Source of the DNA: Gemmatimonadaceae bacterium
GTDB taxonomy: Bacteria; Gemmatimonadota; Gemmatimonadetes; Gemmatimonadales; Gemmatimonadaceae
Direction: 5' to 3'
NCBI GenBank assembly: GCA_036554185.1
Contig: DATBNQ010000055.1
Location: 7,987-71,986 of the forward strand
Length of the DNA: 64,000 nucleotides
Below the pieces are notes generated by a model. The model ran no database searches. It was given only the letters and a program-made list of their open reading frames with translations, and had not been told where the DNA came from. A program made the translations under genes and the position numbers. This document shows, piece after piece, positions 30,079 to 39,352 of this stretch (the first letter of the stretch is position 1; every line of letters starts with the position of its first letter).

Positions 30079-31320
30079 ATGCGACCAATAAGCGGAGCGG
30101 ATGCTTCCCGGCTCATTCTGGAATCGATTGAGCCGATGCCCGTCGAACGCGTTCCACTTGCCGCCGCGCAGGATAAGGTTCTTGCGGAATCGATAATTGC
30201 CCAGGTGAGCATTCCTCCATGGCGCAGTTCATCCATGGATGGCTACGCGGTCAGAGCATCTGACATCGCTGCCGTTCCACGTACCTTGCGCGTGTCTGGC
30301 GGTATCTCGGCCGGCGGCAGCAACCCGCCCGAGCTCGCCCCTGGAACTGCATTCCGAATCATGACCGGCGCACCGGTTCCTGACGGAGCGGACACCGTCG
30401 TACGCGTGGAGGATACCGACGGCGGATTGGATACCGTCGAGGTTCGGAATGCGCGCGACGCTGGCAGCAACGTGCGCTCGCTTGGCGAAGACTTTCGCGC
30501 CGGCGATACGCTGCTCGCTGCTGGCGTACGCGTCGGTGCAGCTGCACTTGGTGTCCTCGCCTCGAGCGGCTTCGACACGGTCGCGATCCACCGTGCGCCC
30601 ACTGTGTCGATTGTTGCTTCAGGCGATGAACTTGTCCGAGTCGACAACTTCGACGGCGTCATCAGCGGCAACCGGATCGTTTCGTCCAACAGCTATTCGC
30701 TTCCAGCGCTTGTGCGCGAAGCCGGTGGTCTGCCGCGCGACGGTGGCATCACGCGTGACGATCCACGCGCATTGCGCGATGCAATTGACGATGCCATGGC
30801 CTGTGACCTGCTTATAACGAGCGGAGGCGTTTCGGTTGGCGACCGCGATTTCACTCGCGGCGTCATGCGCGACATGGGCGCGGATATCAGATTCTGGCGC
30901 GCGCGCATCAGGCCCGGCGGGCCGGTGGTTTTCGGGATCCTGGATGGCCGCCCCTGGATCGGGCTGCCGGGCAATCCGGTTTCCGCAATGGTGACGTTCG
31001 AGCTGTTCGTACGACCCGCCATACGACGAATGCTCGGCCAGACATTGCTGTTCCCGGTACCGCAGATCGTAACGCTCGATGAGCGGGTTACCGTCAGTGG
31101 CGATCTCACTCACTACCTGCGCGTGATTATCGAGCAGCACGACGACGGGCTGCATGCGCGGCTCACCGGAAGTCAGAGTTCCGGAGTACTCACGTCGATG
31201 ATGCACGCGAATGCGCTCCTGATCGTCCCTGAGGGCAGACACCACTGTGAGATGGGCGAACAGCTGCGCGCGATTCCGCTTCGCGGGTCCATGCTCCGTT
31301 GCGCAACGTTTCCAGAATGA
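30079..31320 (+). CDS. moeA: molybdopterin molybdenumtransferase
   Basis: SSMDGYAVR, IMTGAPVP, SGGVSVGDRD motifs. The ATG at 30079 lies 2 nt after the dacB stop. Confidence 0.92.
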   Translation: MRPISGADASRLILESIEPMPVERVPLAAAQDKVLAESIIAQVSIPPWRSSSMDGYAVRASDIAAVPRTLRVSGGISAGGSNPPELAPGTAFRIMTGAPVPDGADTVVRVEDTDGGLDTVEVRNARDAGSNVRSLGEDFRAGDTLLAAGVRVGAAALGVLASSGFDTVAIHRAPTVSIVASGDELVRVDNFDGVISGNRIVSSNSYSLPALVREAGGLPRDGGITRDDPRALRDAIDDAMACDLLITSGGVSVGDRDFTRGVMRDMGADIRFWRARIRPGGPVVFGILDGRPWIGLPGNPVSAMVTFELFVRPAIRRMLGQTLLFPVPQIVTLDERVTVSGDLTHYLRVIIEQHDDGLHARLTGSQSSGVLTSMMHANALLIVPEGRHHCEMGEQLRAIPLRGSMLRCATFPE

Positions 31321-31997
31321 CGCCCACTCTCACCGGGAACCGGCTCGTGCGGAGCCTGGAGCGTCGCTTCGTCACGGTAAACGACGACGTTCGCGTTGGC
31401 GATCGCGACCTGAACATCCTTCGGCCCCGCAGCGCCGAGGATTTGATCAGCGAGACCGACTTCGAGCGCGACGAGCGATTGCCCTACTGGGCTGAACTCT
31501 GGCCATCGTCGACCATTCTTGCCAATTTTATCGCTGCGGAAACGCGGCCACGCGGCCGATTGATCGAGCTGGGAGCCGGCGTCGGACTGGTGAGCATCGC
31601 GGCGGCAATCGCCGGTCATGACGTCACCGCGTCGGACTACTACGATGATGCACTCGCGTTCGCGCGCGCCAATTCATTCCGCAACCTTGGCTACGAGATC
31701 GCTACAGCGTTCGTAGACTGGAGATCGGTTTCTGCAGACCTGCCCCAATTCGACATTGTGCTCGCCTCCGACGTGCTGTATGAATCTCGCTACGCACCAC
31801 TCGTCGCAGGGGTGATAGACCGCCTCCTTGCACCACGCGGTGTCGCATACATCGCTGATCCCGGGCGCGTTGCCGCCAATGCATTCACCGACGCCTGTCT
31901 GGAGCGCGGTTTGCGTACAACGGCCTGCGCGAGCCGGCCGTACCAGGCCGGCACCATCCGGCAGACCATCACGGTTTACGAGTTATCGAGAGGCTGA
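31317..31997 (+). CDS. class I SAM-dependent methyltransferase (Methyltransf_16-like)
   Basis: LPYWAELWPSS followed by SAM motif I LIELGAGVGLVSIAAA. The ATG overlaps the moeA TGA (ATGA). Confidence 0.75.
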   Translation: MTPTLTGNRLVRSLERRFVTVNDDVRVGDRDLNILRPRSAEDLISETDFERDERLPYWAELWPSSTILANFIAAETRPRGRLIELGAGVGLVSIAAAIAGHDVTASDYYDDALAFARANSFRNLGYEIATAFVDWRSVSADLPQFDIVLASDVLYESRYAPLVAGVIDRLLAPRGVAYIADPGRVAANAFTDACLERGLRTTACASRPYQAGTIRQTITVYELSRG

Positions 31998-32013
31998 CAA
32001 CACCCCGACGCGA

Positions 32014-34092
32014 CTAAACCGCCAGCTGCTGAGCCACGACCTCGGAAATATCGAGCACCGGGACGCCTGGTTCTTGAGCCTTTGCACCGTCTCCGATCAT
32101 CGTCATGCAGAACGGACACGCGACGGCCAGCACGTCCGCTCCAGTTGCCAGCAACTCCTCGGTACGCTCGGCATTTATTCGCTTGCCGACGCTCTCCTCC
32201 ATCCACATGCGACCGCCGCCCGCGCCACAGCAAAGGGCCTTGCTACGGGTGCGCGGCGGCTCAACTAACGTGACCATCGGCAGTGCGCGCTTGAGAGTCT
32301 CGCGCGGCGCGTCGTAGATGTCGTTATAACGGCCGAGATAGCACGAGTCGTGATACGCGACGGTGAGCGCCTTCCCCTCGCCTTTGAGGGGAAGGCGATT
32401 CTCCTCCATCAGTCGTTCGATGTAGGTCGAATGATGGATGACGTCGTAATTCCCGCCAAGCTGCGGATATTCGTTGCCGATCTGATGGAAGCAGTGCGGA
32501 CAGTTCGTCACGATCGTTTGAACGCCGTACCGATCGAGCGTCTCGATGTTATCGCGTGCGAGCATCTGATACAGATACTCATTGCCCATTCGACGAGCCG
32601 GATCTCCGTTGCACTTTTCTTCCTGTCCCAGGATCGCGAATTTCACCTTCGCAGCCTGCAACACGCGAGCAAACGCCACGGCAATCTTCTTCGCGCGATC
32701 GTCAAACGATCCCATGCATCCGACCCAGAACAATACCTCGGGGCGCTCCCCGCGCTCCACCATCTCGGCCATCGTGGGAATGTCCATCCCCTCCGCCCAT
32801 TTTGCACGATCGCCTGGATCAAATGCCCATGGCGATCCGTTCCGCTCCAATGACTCGAACGCAGGCTGGATCTCTGCAGGGAATCGAGATTCCATTAGCA
32901 CCAGATCCCGACGAAGCTCATTTATGATGTCGAGCTGGTCGATCGAAACCGGACATTCCTCCACGCATGCACGGCAACTCGTGCACGCCCACAGCTCTTC
33001 CTCTGTTATGTAGTTGTCGAGCAACGTGTTCCCGAGAACGGACGCAGTTGTGCCCGAGTCGCCGGCGTCGGCACCTTCGCCCGCCACAAGCACATGATGC
33101 TCGAATTCGCCAAAATCACCGGTCGCAAGCGGCGCAAGTTCCATCAAACGCTGGCGCGTATTGATCATGATCTTGCGGGGACTCAATGGCTTGCCGGTAA
33201 TGTTTGCCGGGCAGACTGCGGTGCATCGCCCGCACTCGGTACACGAATAGCTGTCGAGTAGACTCTTCCATCCCAGCTGAGTTACGTCGGACGCGCCAAA
33301 ATGCTCCGCTCCCTCCGCCTCCAGATCCATGTAACTCATAGCTCCCTTCACACCAGGTCCACTCGTGTTCGACAGATAGGTGTTTGGAAGCGACGTGAGC
33401 ACGTGCAGGTGCTTCGAATACGGCAGGTAATTCAGGAAGACAAGAATCAGTAGCGCGTGAAACCACCAGCTCGTCGCTCGCCCCGCCTCGAGTGTTCCCG
33501 CGGACATCCCCGAGAACAGATGCGATAGCGCGAGCGAGACCGGCTGAAACATCGTCCCGCTCTCCGGCCGCAGCGCGAAGCTGAACGCTCCGAGGCTGAT
33601 CAGACTTACCATCAGCGCGCCAATCATGGAGAGAATCAGAATCGCGTCGCCCGAGTGCACCTTGTCGCCCTGCAGGCGTTTCGGCTTCACGACGATGCGA
33701 CGATACAACAGCACACTTACTGCGGCAAGGACCAGGAGAGCAAAAAGTTCCTGGGACAGTATGTAGAAGGCATAGATCGGTGCCGGCAGAATCGCGGCGT
33801 AGCTGAATCCCGGAACCAATCCCTGCACGATGATCTCTGCCGTCCCAATCGTCAGCACGACAAAGCCCCAGAACACGGAGGCATGCAGTGGTCCCGCTAC
33901 GGCATCGCGCAATATCTTCTTCTGCGCAAGGCCGATCAGGAACAGGTTCCTGATCCGCGTGACAGGATCACCAGTCCTGTCCTCGGGCTGCCCGATGGAC
34001 ATCATGTACCGAATCAGGCGCTGCGCATTGTAGGAGAAAAACGACAGCGCCAGCACCACAATCACTATGAATACGCCATGTCCAACAGTCAT
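32014..34092 (-). CDS. membrane-bound Fe-S oxidoreductase (HdrD/GlpC-like with N-terminal multi-TM domain; EtfD-like)
   Basis: About 6 N-terminal TM helices, two ferredoxin motifs ([24 protein letters not shown]) and two CCG-type Cys-rich domains ([17 protein letters not shown]). Directly downstream of etfBA. Confidence 0.85.
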   Translation of the reverse strand: MTVGHGVFIVIVVLALSFFSYNAQRLIRYMMSIGQPEDRTGDPVTRIRNLFLIGLAQKKILRDAVAGPLHASVFWGFVVLTIGTAEIIVQGLVPGFSYAAILPAPIYAFYILSQELFALLVLAAVSVLLYRRIVVKPKRLQGDKVHSGDAILILSMIGALMVSLISLGAFSFALRPESGTMFQPVSLALSHLFSGMSAGTLEAGRATSWWFHALLILVFLNYLPYSKHLHVLTSLPNTYLSNTSGPGVKGAMSYMDLEAEGAEHFGASDVTQLGWKSLLDSYSCTECGRCTAVCPANITGKPLSPRKIMINTRQRLMELAPLATGDFGEFEHHVLVAGEGADAGDSGTTASVLGNTLLDNYITEEELWACTSCRACVEECPVSIDQLDIINELRRDLVLMESRFPAEIQPAFESLERNGSPWAFDPGDRAKWAEGMDIPTMAEMVERGERPEVLFWVGCMGSFDDRAKKIAVAFARVLQAAKVKFAILGQEEKCNGDPARRMGNEYLYQMLARDNIETLDRYGVQTIVTNCPHCFHQIGNEYPQLGGNYDVIHHSTYIERLMEENRLPLKGEGKALTVAYHDSCYLGRYNDIYDAPRETLKRALPMVTLVEPPRTRSKALCCGAGGGRMWMEESVGKRINAERTEELLATGADVLAVACPFCMTMIGDGAKAQEPGVPVLDISEVVAQQLAV

Positions 34093-34129
34093 CGCGCGAG
34101 CTCCCTCGGTGCAGTCGTTCTGTTACAGC

Positions 34130-35116
34130 TCACCCGCGCGACTTTGCTTCCTTGACCGCGGCAGTGAGGGCGGGGACAACCTCGAACAGGTCACCTACGA
34201 TCCCGTAGTCGGCGATCTTGAATATTGGCGCTTCCTTGTCCTTGTTGATCGCGACGATCGTGCGCGACGTACGCATACCGGCAAGATGCTGAATCGCCCC
34301 TGATATGCCAACCGCGATATACAGTTGTGGACTTACGAGCCGTCCAGTCTGTCCAATCTGATCGCTGTGCGGACGCCACCCCTCGTCGGTGACGACGCGC
34401 GTCGCACCGACCGCTGCATTCCCAAATGCTGCAGCAAGATCTTCGAGCATCTTGAAGTTTTCGGGACCCTTGAGACCCCGTCCACCGCTGACTATGACTG
34501 GGGCCTCTCCGAGATCGAGCTTCGCCCCCCCACCAAGCTTCACTTCCTTCACAACCACGCGCGATGCAGCGGGATCGCCGACAGGTTCTGCACGCTCGAC
34601 TGTCCCGGCATGCGGCTTCTCCACCGGGGTGAACATGTTCGCGCGAATCCCGATCAGCGCCGGATGAGAGGCAATCTTGACGGTCGCAATAACCTTCCCG
34701 ATGTTCACAGGATGCTTCACGACGACCGTGTCGCCGTCGAGTTTGATCTCGGTCACGTCGGTAACAAGACCCACCCCCAGCTTTGCCGCCACACGCGGCG
34801 CGAGATCGCTCCCAAGCGCGGACGTTGGGAAGAGCACGACACGATAACTTCCACCGCGCACTCGTTCCGCAACGATCGCGGCAAGCGCCTCGGGATTGTA
34901 TTTGGCGAACTCAGCGTGCTCTGCAACTATGACGGCGTCCGCGCCATACTTGGCGAGCTGATCAGCCCGCGCAGCGATACCGGCAGAACCCGCAACGAAC
35001 GCGTCAACCTTGCCACCGGTCTCGTCGGCAATCCGCCGTGCCGCCGTCACCGCTTCGAGTCCAATCTTTCGGAGCTCGCCGTTGCGAGTCTCCGCGAATG
35101 CGAAAACGTTTGCCAT
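34130..35116 (-). CDS. etfA: electron transfer flavoprotein alpha subunit
   Basis: C-terminal FAD-binding block PQLYIAVGISGAIQHLAGM. 328 aa. Confidence 0.95.
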   Translation of the reverse strand: MANVFAFAETRNGELRKIGLEAVTAARRIADETGGKVDAFVAGSAGIAARADQLAKYGADAVIVAEHAEFAKYNPEALAAIVAERVRGGSYRVVLFPTSALGSDLAPRVAAKLGVGLVTDVTEIKLDGDTVVVKHPVNIGKVIATVKIASHPALIGIRANMFTPVEKPHAGTVERAEPVGDPAASRVVVKEVKLGGGAKLDLGEAPVIVSGGRGLKGPENFKMLEDLAAAFGNAAVGATRVVTDEGWRPHSDQIGQTGRLVSPQLYIAVGISGAIQHLAGMRTSRTIVAINKDKEAPIFKIADYGIVGDLFEVVPALTAAVKEAKSRG

Positions 35117-35118
35117 TG

Positions 35119-35871
35119 TTATAGAACCTTGGCTTCAGTTTGAAGCAGTCTCACGAGTTCGGGTACCGCAGAAACGCCCTCACCGATTATGCGCCCCGCT
35201 GCACGCTCGGGCGGCAGCTCCATCTGCACAACAGACACCGACTGCTCGCCAAGCTGCGCCGGCTTGATCTCGAGAGGCTTCTTCTTCGCGGACATGATCC
35301 CCTTGAGTGCCGGGTAGCGCGCCGTGTTGAGTCCCTGGTCGATCGTCAGTACCGCCGGAAGCGGGAACTCGACGAACTCCTGGCCACCTTCTATCTCCCG
35401 CTTCGCCAAGCCCGTCTGCCCCGCAAGTTCCAACTTTGAAATCGATGTCACCAGCGGCAGGCCCAGGAGCTCGCCAACCATTGCCCCGACGACACCATTG
35501 GACGAGTCAGCGGATTGCTTCCCGAAAAGAATCAGGTCGAAGCCCCCGTCCTTGAGCTCAGTCGCAAGCGCATGAGCGATCGCCAGGCCGTCAAACGGAA
35601 TTCGATCACTCTTGAGCTCGATGCCGCGATCGGCTCCCATCGCGAGCGCCTTCCGTATCGTCTCCTGCACCGCATCAGGACCAAGAGAAACAACCACTAC
35701 TTCCGTAGCGGCATCCTTGTCCTTGATCTGCAACGCTGCCTCGACGGCCCACGAATCAAAGTCATTCATATCGAACTTCAATCCAGCCTCGTCCACCGCA
35801 TTTCCGATGGGGGCGATCTTGAAGCGTACGTCCATGTCCGGGACGCGCTTGATGCACACGGCGATTTTCAC
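35119..35871 (-). CDS. etfB: electron transfer flavoprotein beta subunit
   Basis: MKIAVCIKRVPD N-terminus. AGGAGA RBS 10 nt upstream of a GTG start. 250 aa. Confidence 0.95.
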   Translation of the reverse strand: MKIAVCIKRVPDMDVRFKIAPIGNAVDEAGLKFDMNDFDSWAVEAALQIKDKDAATEVVVVSLGPDAVQETIRKALAMGADRGIELKSDRIPFDGLAIAHALATELKDGGFDLILFGKQSADSSNGVVGAMVGELLGLPLVTSISKLELAGQTGLAKREIEGGQEFVEFPLPAVLTIDQGLNTARYPALKGIMSAKKKPLEIKPAQLGEQSVSVVQMELPPERAAGRIIGEGVSAVPELVRLLQTEAKVL

Positions 35872-35973
35872 CGCGGATATTCTCCTGAATGTTTCGGTGT
35901 AAGGGAATTTCCCACAACGTCGAACCGCGACATTTGTAATGTAACGGACGTTATGTGCTGAGGAATCGGCGGG

Positions 35974-37161
35974 CTATTCAAACGCACCAAGCCCGGTCAC
36001 CGCCTGGCCCACTATCAGGGTGTGAATGTCATGCGTCCCCTCGTACGTGTAAACGCTTTCGAGATTTTCCATGTGACGCATCGCGCCATATTCGGCCAGG
36101 ATACCGTTCCCACCCAGCAACCGTCGCGCCTCACGCGCAATATCGCACGCCACGTTCACGTTGTTTCGCTTGGCCAGCGATACCTGCTGCGGCGTGAGCT
36201 TCCCCGCATCCTTGAGCCTGCCGAGATGCAGCACCAGAAGCCGCCCCTTCACGATTTCCGTAACCATCTCCGCCAACCGAGCCTGCTGCAACTGGAAACC
36301 CGCGATCGGGCGACCAAACATTATTCGCTGGCCCGCGTACGATAGCGCCTCTTCATAGCAATACATTGCTGCTCCGATCGCCCCCCATGCGATGCCATAT
36401 CGCGCCTGCGTGAGACACATCAGAGGACTCTTCAGGCCGCCAGACTTCGGCAACAGAGCATCAGCGGGAACATGCACGTCCTGAAATGACAACTCCGACG
36501 TGTCGGATGCGCGCAACGACAGCTTTCCTTTCTGATTCTTCGCCGAAAATCCCGGAGTCGAAGTGGGTACGACGAAACCACGAATCGAGTGGCCGTCGTC
36601 GTCGCCGTCCTCGGTCTTCGCCCACACGATTGCGACCTGCGCCGTGGATCCGTTCGTGATCCACATCTTGGCGCCGTTGATGATCCACGAGCCGTCGCTC
36701 TGCAAACGCGCGCGCGTGATCATTCCGGCGGGATTGGACCCGTAATCCGGCTCGGTCAACCCAAAGCAACCGATGATTTCCGCCTTCGCCATTGCCGGAA
36801 GAAGCCGCGACTTCTGTTCGTCAGATCCAAACGCGAAGACAGGATACATCACCAATGCACCCTGCACCGACGCGAAAGACCGAACGCCTGAGTCGCCGCG
36901 CTCCAGCTCCTGCATGATCAAACCGTACGCGACGTTGTTGAGACCCGCGCAACCATACTCTTCAGGGAGATTCGCGCCAAGAACGCCGAGCTCGGCCATC
37001 CCAGCTATGATCTCTCGCGGAAAGTGCCCCTCGACGTACGCATCGCCGATTATCGGGAGAACCTTGTCATTGACGAAGGAGCGGACGGAATCACGGACGG
37101 CACGTTCATCCTCCGACAGGAGGGATTCTATATCACAGAGATCGAGGGGGTTCGTAGCCAT
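35974..37161 (-). CDS. acyl-CoA dehydrogenase (glutaryl-CoA dehydrogenase-like)
   Basis: ACAD fold blocks (GLTEPDYGSNPAGM, WITNGS, YEGTHDIH). Start set to the ATG giving MATNPLD. Confidence 0.9.
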   Translation of the reverse strand: MATNPLDLCDIESLLSEDERAVRDSVRSFVNDKVLPIIGDAYVEGHFPREIIAGMAELGVLGANLPEEYGCAGLNNVAYGLIMQELERGDSGVRSFASVQGALVMYPVFAFGSDEQKSRLLPAMAKAEIIGCFGLTEPDYGSNPAGMITRARLQSDGSWIINGAKMWITNGSTAQVAIVWAKTEDGDDDGHSIRGFVVPTSTPGFSAKNQKGKLSLRASDTSELSFQDVHVPADALLPKSGGLKSPLMCLTQARYGIAWGAIGAAMYCYEEALSYAGQRIMFGRPIAGFQLQQARLAEMVTEIVKGRLLVLHLGRLKDAGKLTPQQVSLAKRNNVNVACDIAREARRLLGGNGILAEYGAMRHMENLESVYTYEGTHDIHTLIVGQAVTGLGAFE

Positions 37162-37247
37162 GTCGAAAGATACCGCGATCCCGTCCCCTCTCCCACCCGT
37201 CGCCTTTCTGCGATCCACCGGCAGTTACTCCGGTGAGCGACCGCGAT

Positions 37248-37787
37248 TCAGGTCCGCTTCCGCCTGCCCGCCCGAGCCGCCAGCCGCGGTTGTGCCGCGA
37301 TACTCGCCGGACGCGTCGCCCGGGAGCTGATTCCCACCTCCCGCGCCTTCGACCGGAACGTCTGGCCGTGATCCAGCGCCATACCTTGCTGATCCTGCCA
37401 CTGATGCACCATCTCATGGACCAGCGTGTGAAGCACGTCCTCCCACGGGTCCCGCTCCAGATGCCTCAGCGAAACGGCGATCTCGGCGCTCTGGCCACCG
37501 CCAGCCACCATGTAGTGGCCCAGCCGGTTCTTCATCCGCCGGGAAATGCGCATTCGGATTGCGCAAAGCTCCCCCGCAAACAGAGTCGAATTGTATTCCG
37601 TGTGCGCAAGCTGCAACCGCGCGATGATCGCCGCATCACTCGCTCGCTCTCGCTTCGACCGTCGCTGCTTTCGCGGGACGGCGATCTCAGGCCGCGGGGG
37701 CGCAGGCCGCGCAATTTCCGCGCGCACGGGCTGCACCTCGAACAAATCGCACTGCGTCCACAGTTGCCGCAGTCGCTCGAGCCGCAA
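37248..37787 (-). CDS. SprT-like zinc metallopeptidase-domain protein
   Basis: HExxH in LVHEMVHQWQ. The start is uncertain: a TTG at 37787 lies 8 nt after the upstream stop, while the ATG at 37850 would overlap the upstream gene by 55 nt. Confidence 0.65.
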   Translation of the reverse strand: MRLERLRQLWTQCDLFEVQPVRAEIARPAPPRPEIAVPRKQRRSKRERASDAAIIARLQLAHTEYNSTLFAGELCAIRMRISRRMKNRLGHYMVAGGGQSAEIAVSLRHLERDPWEDVLHTLVHEMVHQWQDQQGMALDHGQTFRSKAREVGISSRATRPASIAAQPRLAARAGRRKRT

Positions 37788-37795
37788 GGTCTCTC

Positions 37796-38614
37796 TCAGC
37801 GTTCGAAGCAGCGCTGCGGTCCCGGAATGAATTCCCCTTCTCCGTCCCATATGAATGTTACGACCGTGATGCTTTGAGGTTCGATAGTGATGACGTTGTA
37901 TGACGACGGCCGTCCACCACGCGATCGGTTGGATACTGTCCCGGCAGTTGAAACGATCACGTCCTTGCGCGGATGTTCGATGAAATTGACAGCTTCCTGA
38001 TGGTCGTGTCCGCACAACACCAGTTCCACACCAATCTCAGCGAACGTGTTGAGAATTCGCGACGTGTGCTTGAGCCCGTATCGCTGCGACAACTCGCCCG
38101 CGACAGGGTTGTGATGCATGACGATGACCTTTACATCGCCCGCCGGAGCAAGTTCGAACTTCCTGCGCGCAGCGTCGATCTGACTCGGCGTGAGATCTCC
38201 AATTATGGAAATGTCTCGCGGATTGAGCGTGAGCGTCCGCGCGGTAACGCCGTGCGCCGTATTCAGACCAACGAAATATGCGCCCGGAACCTGCAGTGTT
38301 GGCTCCAGATCAGCCGAAATGTAGGTGCTGTAATTCTCGTACACCTTGCGCTCGTCCCCAATCCCAACCGGCGCGAACCACCACGCTACGTCGTGATTCC
38401 CCGGAACCGTGATCACCGGACAGAACTTCCGCGCATCACGCAGGAACACCGCAGCCCGCTGAAACTCGCCCGCCCGCGCACGCTGAGAAAAATCCCCCGA
38501 CGCGGCGATCGCATCGAACGATCGTTTGGCAATCGCCGCCTCGATGGCGTCGATCTGTTCCAATACCGCCGGACGGCCAAAATGAAGATCGGATACGTGA
38601 AGAATTTTCGTCAT
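37796..38614 (-). CDS. metallophosphoesterase (calcineurin-like)
   Basis: Motifs ILHVSDLHFG, SGDFS, GNHD, MHHNP, GHDHQ. Confidence 0.88.
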   Translation of the reverse strand: MTKILHVSDLHFGRPAVLEQIDAIEAAIAKRSFDAIAASGDFSQRARAGEFQRAAVFLRDARKFCPVITVPGNHDVAWWFAPVGIGDERKVYENYSTYISADLEPTLQVPGAYFVGLNTAHGVTARTLTLNPRDISIIGDLTPSQIDAARRKFELAPAGDVKVIVMHHNPVAGELSQRYGLKHTSRILNTFAEIGVELVLCGHDHQEAVNFIEHPRKDVIVSTAGTVSNRSRGGRPSSYNVITIEPQSITVVTFIWDGEGEFIPGPQRCFER

Positions 38615-38631
38615 GCGCCGTGCAACGACAC

Positions 38632-39288
38632 CTAATTGACCGGAGCAGCAATCAGATCCGCCAAACGCGACGCAATGTCGGCGGCAATCGCCGGAGAAAA
38701 CTTCGTCGCGTCCGCCCCGGCAAGATCACCCGACCACTGCACCTGAGAGCGACGAGCGTCGATGATCACGAGATGCAGCATCGCATGCCCAACCCCCTTT
38801 GATCCAACTATCCGCAGCTCCACAGGGAACAACACGTACCGTGCGTCGGTGAGCGCGATAAGCGCACGCAACTGGGACGCGAGTGGTTCGCGAAGCTCCC
38901 ACCCAGCCTCCTTTTGTCCCCAGCGAATCTCGGTAGCAGCAAGCGATCGGGGATCTGGCGCATAGCCCGGATTCCGCTCCACTGATCTGATGATGTCCGG
39001 TGCCAACGTCCAACGACCCTTGAGGCCTCGTTGCTTCAGCGCGAACGCTATCTCGTCGTCCACCGTACTGAGGTATGTCCCGGATGATGGCGCGCCCTGG
39101 GACCAGCCGAGCGAGTCCGCAAACGTCAGATACTGCACCGGCAGCACCAGCATCTGCTCAGCGGCCAGTCTCTCCAATGGACGCGTCTGCGGCACATTGG
39201 CCTGCTGGCCTCCCTGTGCCCTTAGCGGGGACGCAGCAACCGGAGCGACCACCAGCAATGCAGAAAACGAGATTAGAGCGAACTTCAT
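38632..39288 (-). CDS. secreted hypothetical protein
   Basis: Signal peptide MKFALISFSALLVVAPVAASPLRAQ. GC3-rich codons. No family recognised. Confidence 0.6.
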   Translation of the reverse strand: MKFALISFSALLVVAPVAASPLRAQGGQQANVPQTRPLERLAAEQMLVLPVQYLTFADSLGWSQGAPSSGTYLSTVDDEIAFALKQRGLKGRWTLAPDIIRSVERNPGYAPDPRSLAATEIRWGQKEAGWELREPLASQLRALIALTDARYVLFPVELRIVGSKGVGHAMLHLVIIDARRSQVQWSGDLAGADATKFSPAIAADIASRLADLIAAPVN

Positions 39289-39352
39289 TGCACAAAAGTT
39301 AACCACGAACCATTTTCAGCGCCGATCAACACCAACCGGATCCATCCAATCG

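Noticed and set aside
38990-39352. N-terminal 121-aa extension of the S9 peptidase ORF. The same applies to the extensions at 49190-49384, 12677-12763, 57558-57746 and 60049-60183.
   Set aside because: These extensions overlap better-supported genes or repeat-rich spacers and are Arg/Cys-rich nonsense. Each is followed by an internal start that yields a proper signal peptide or a conserved N-terminus.
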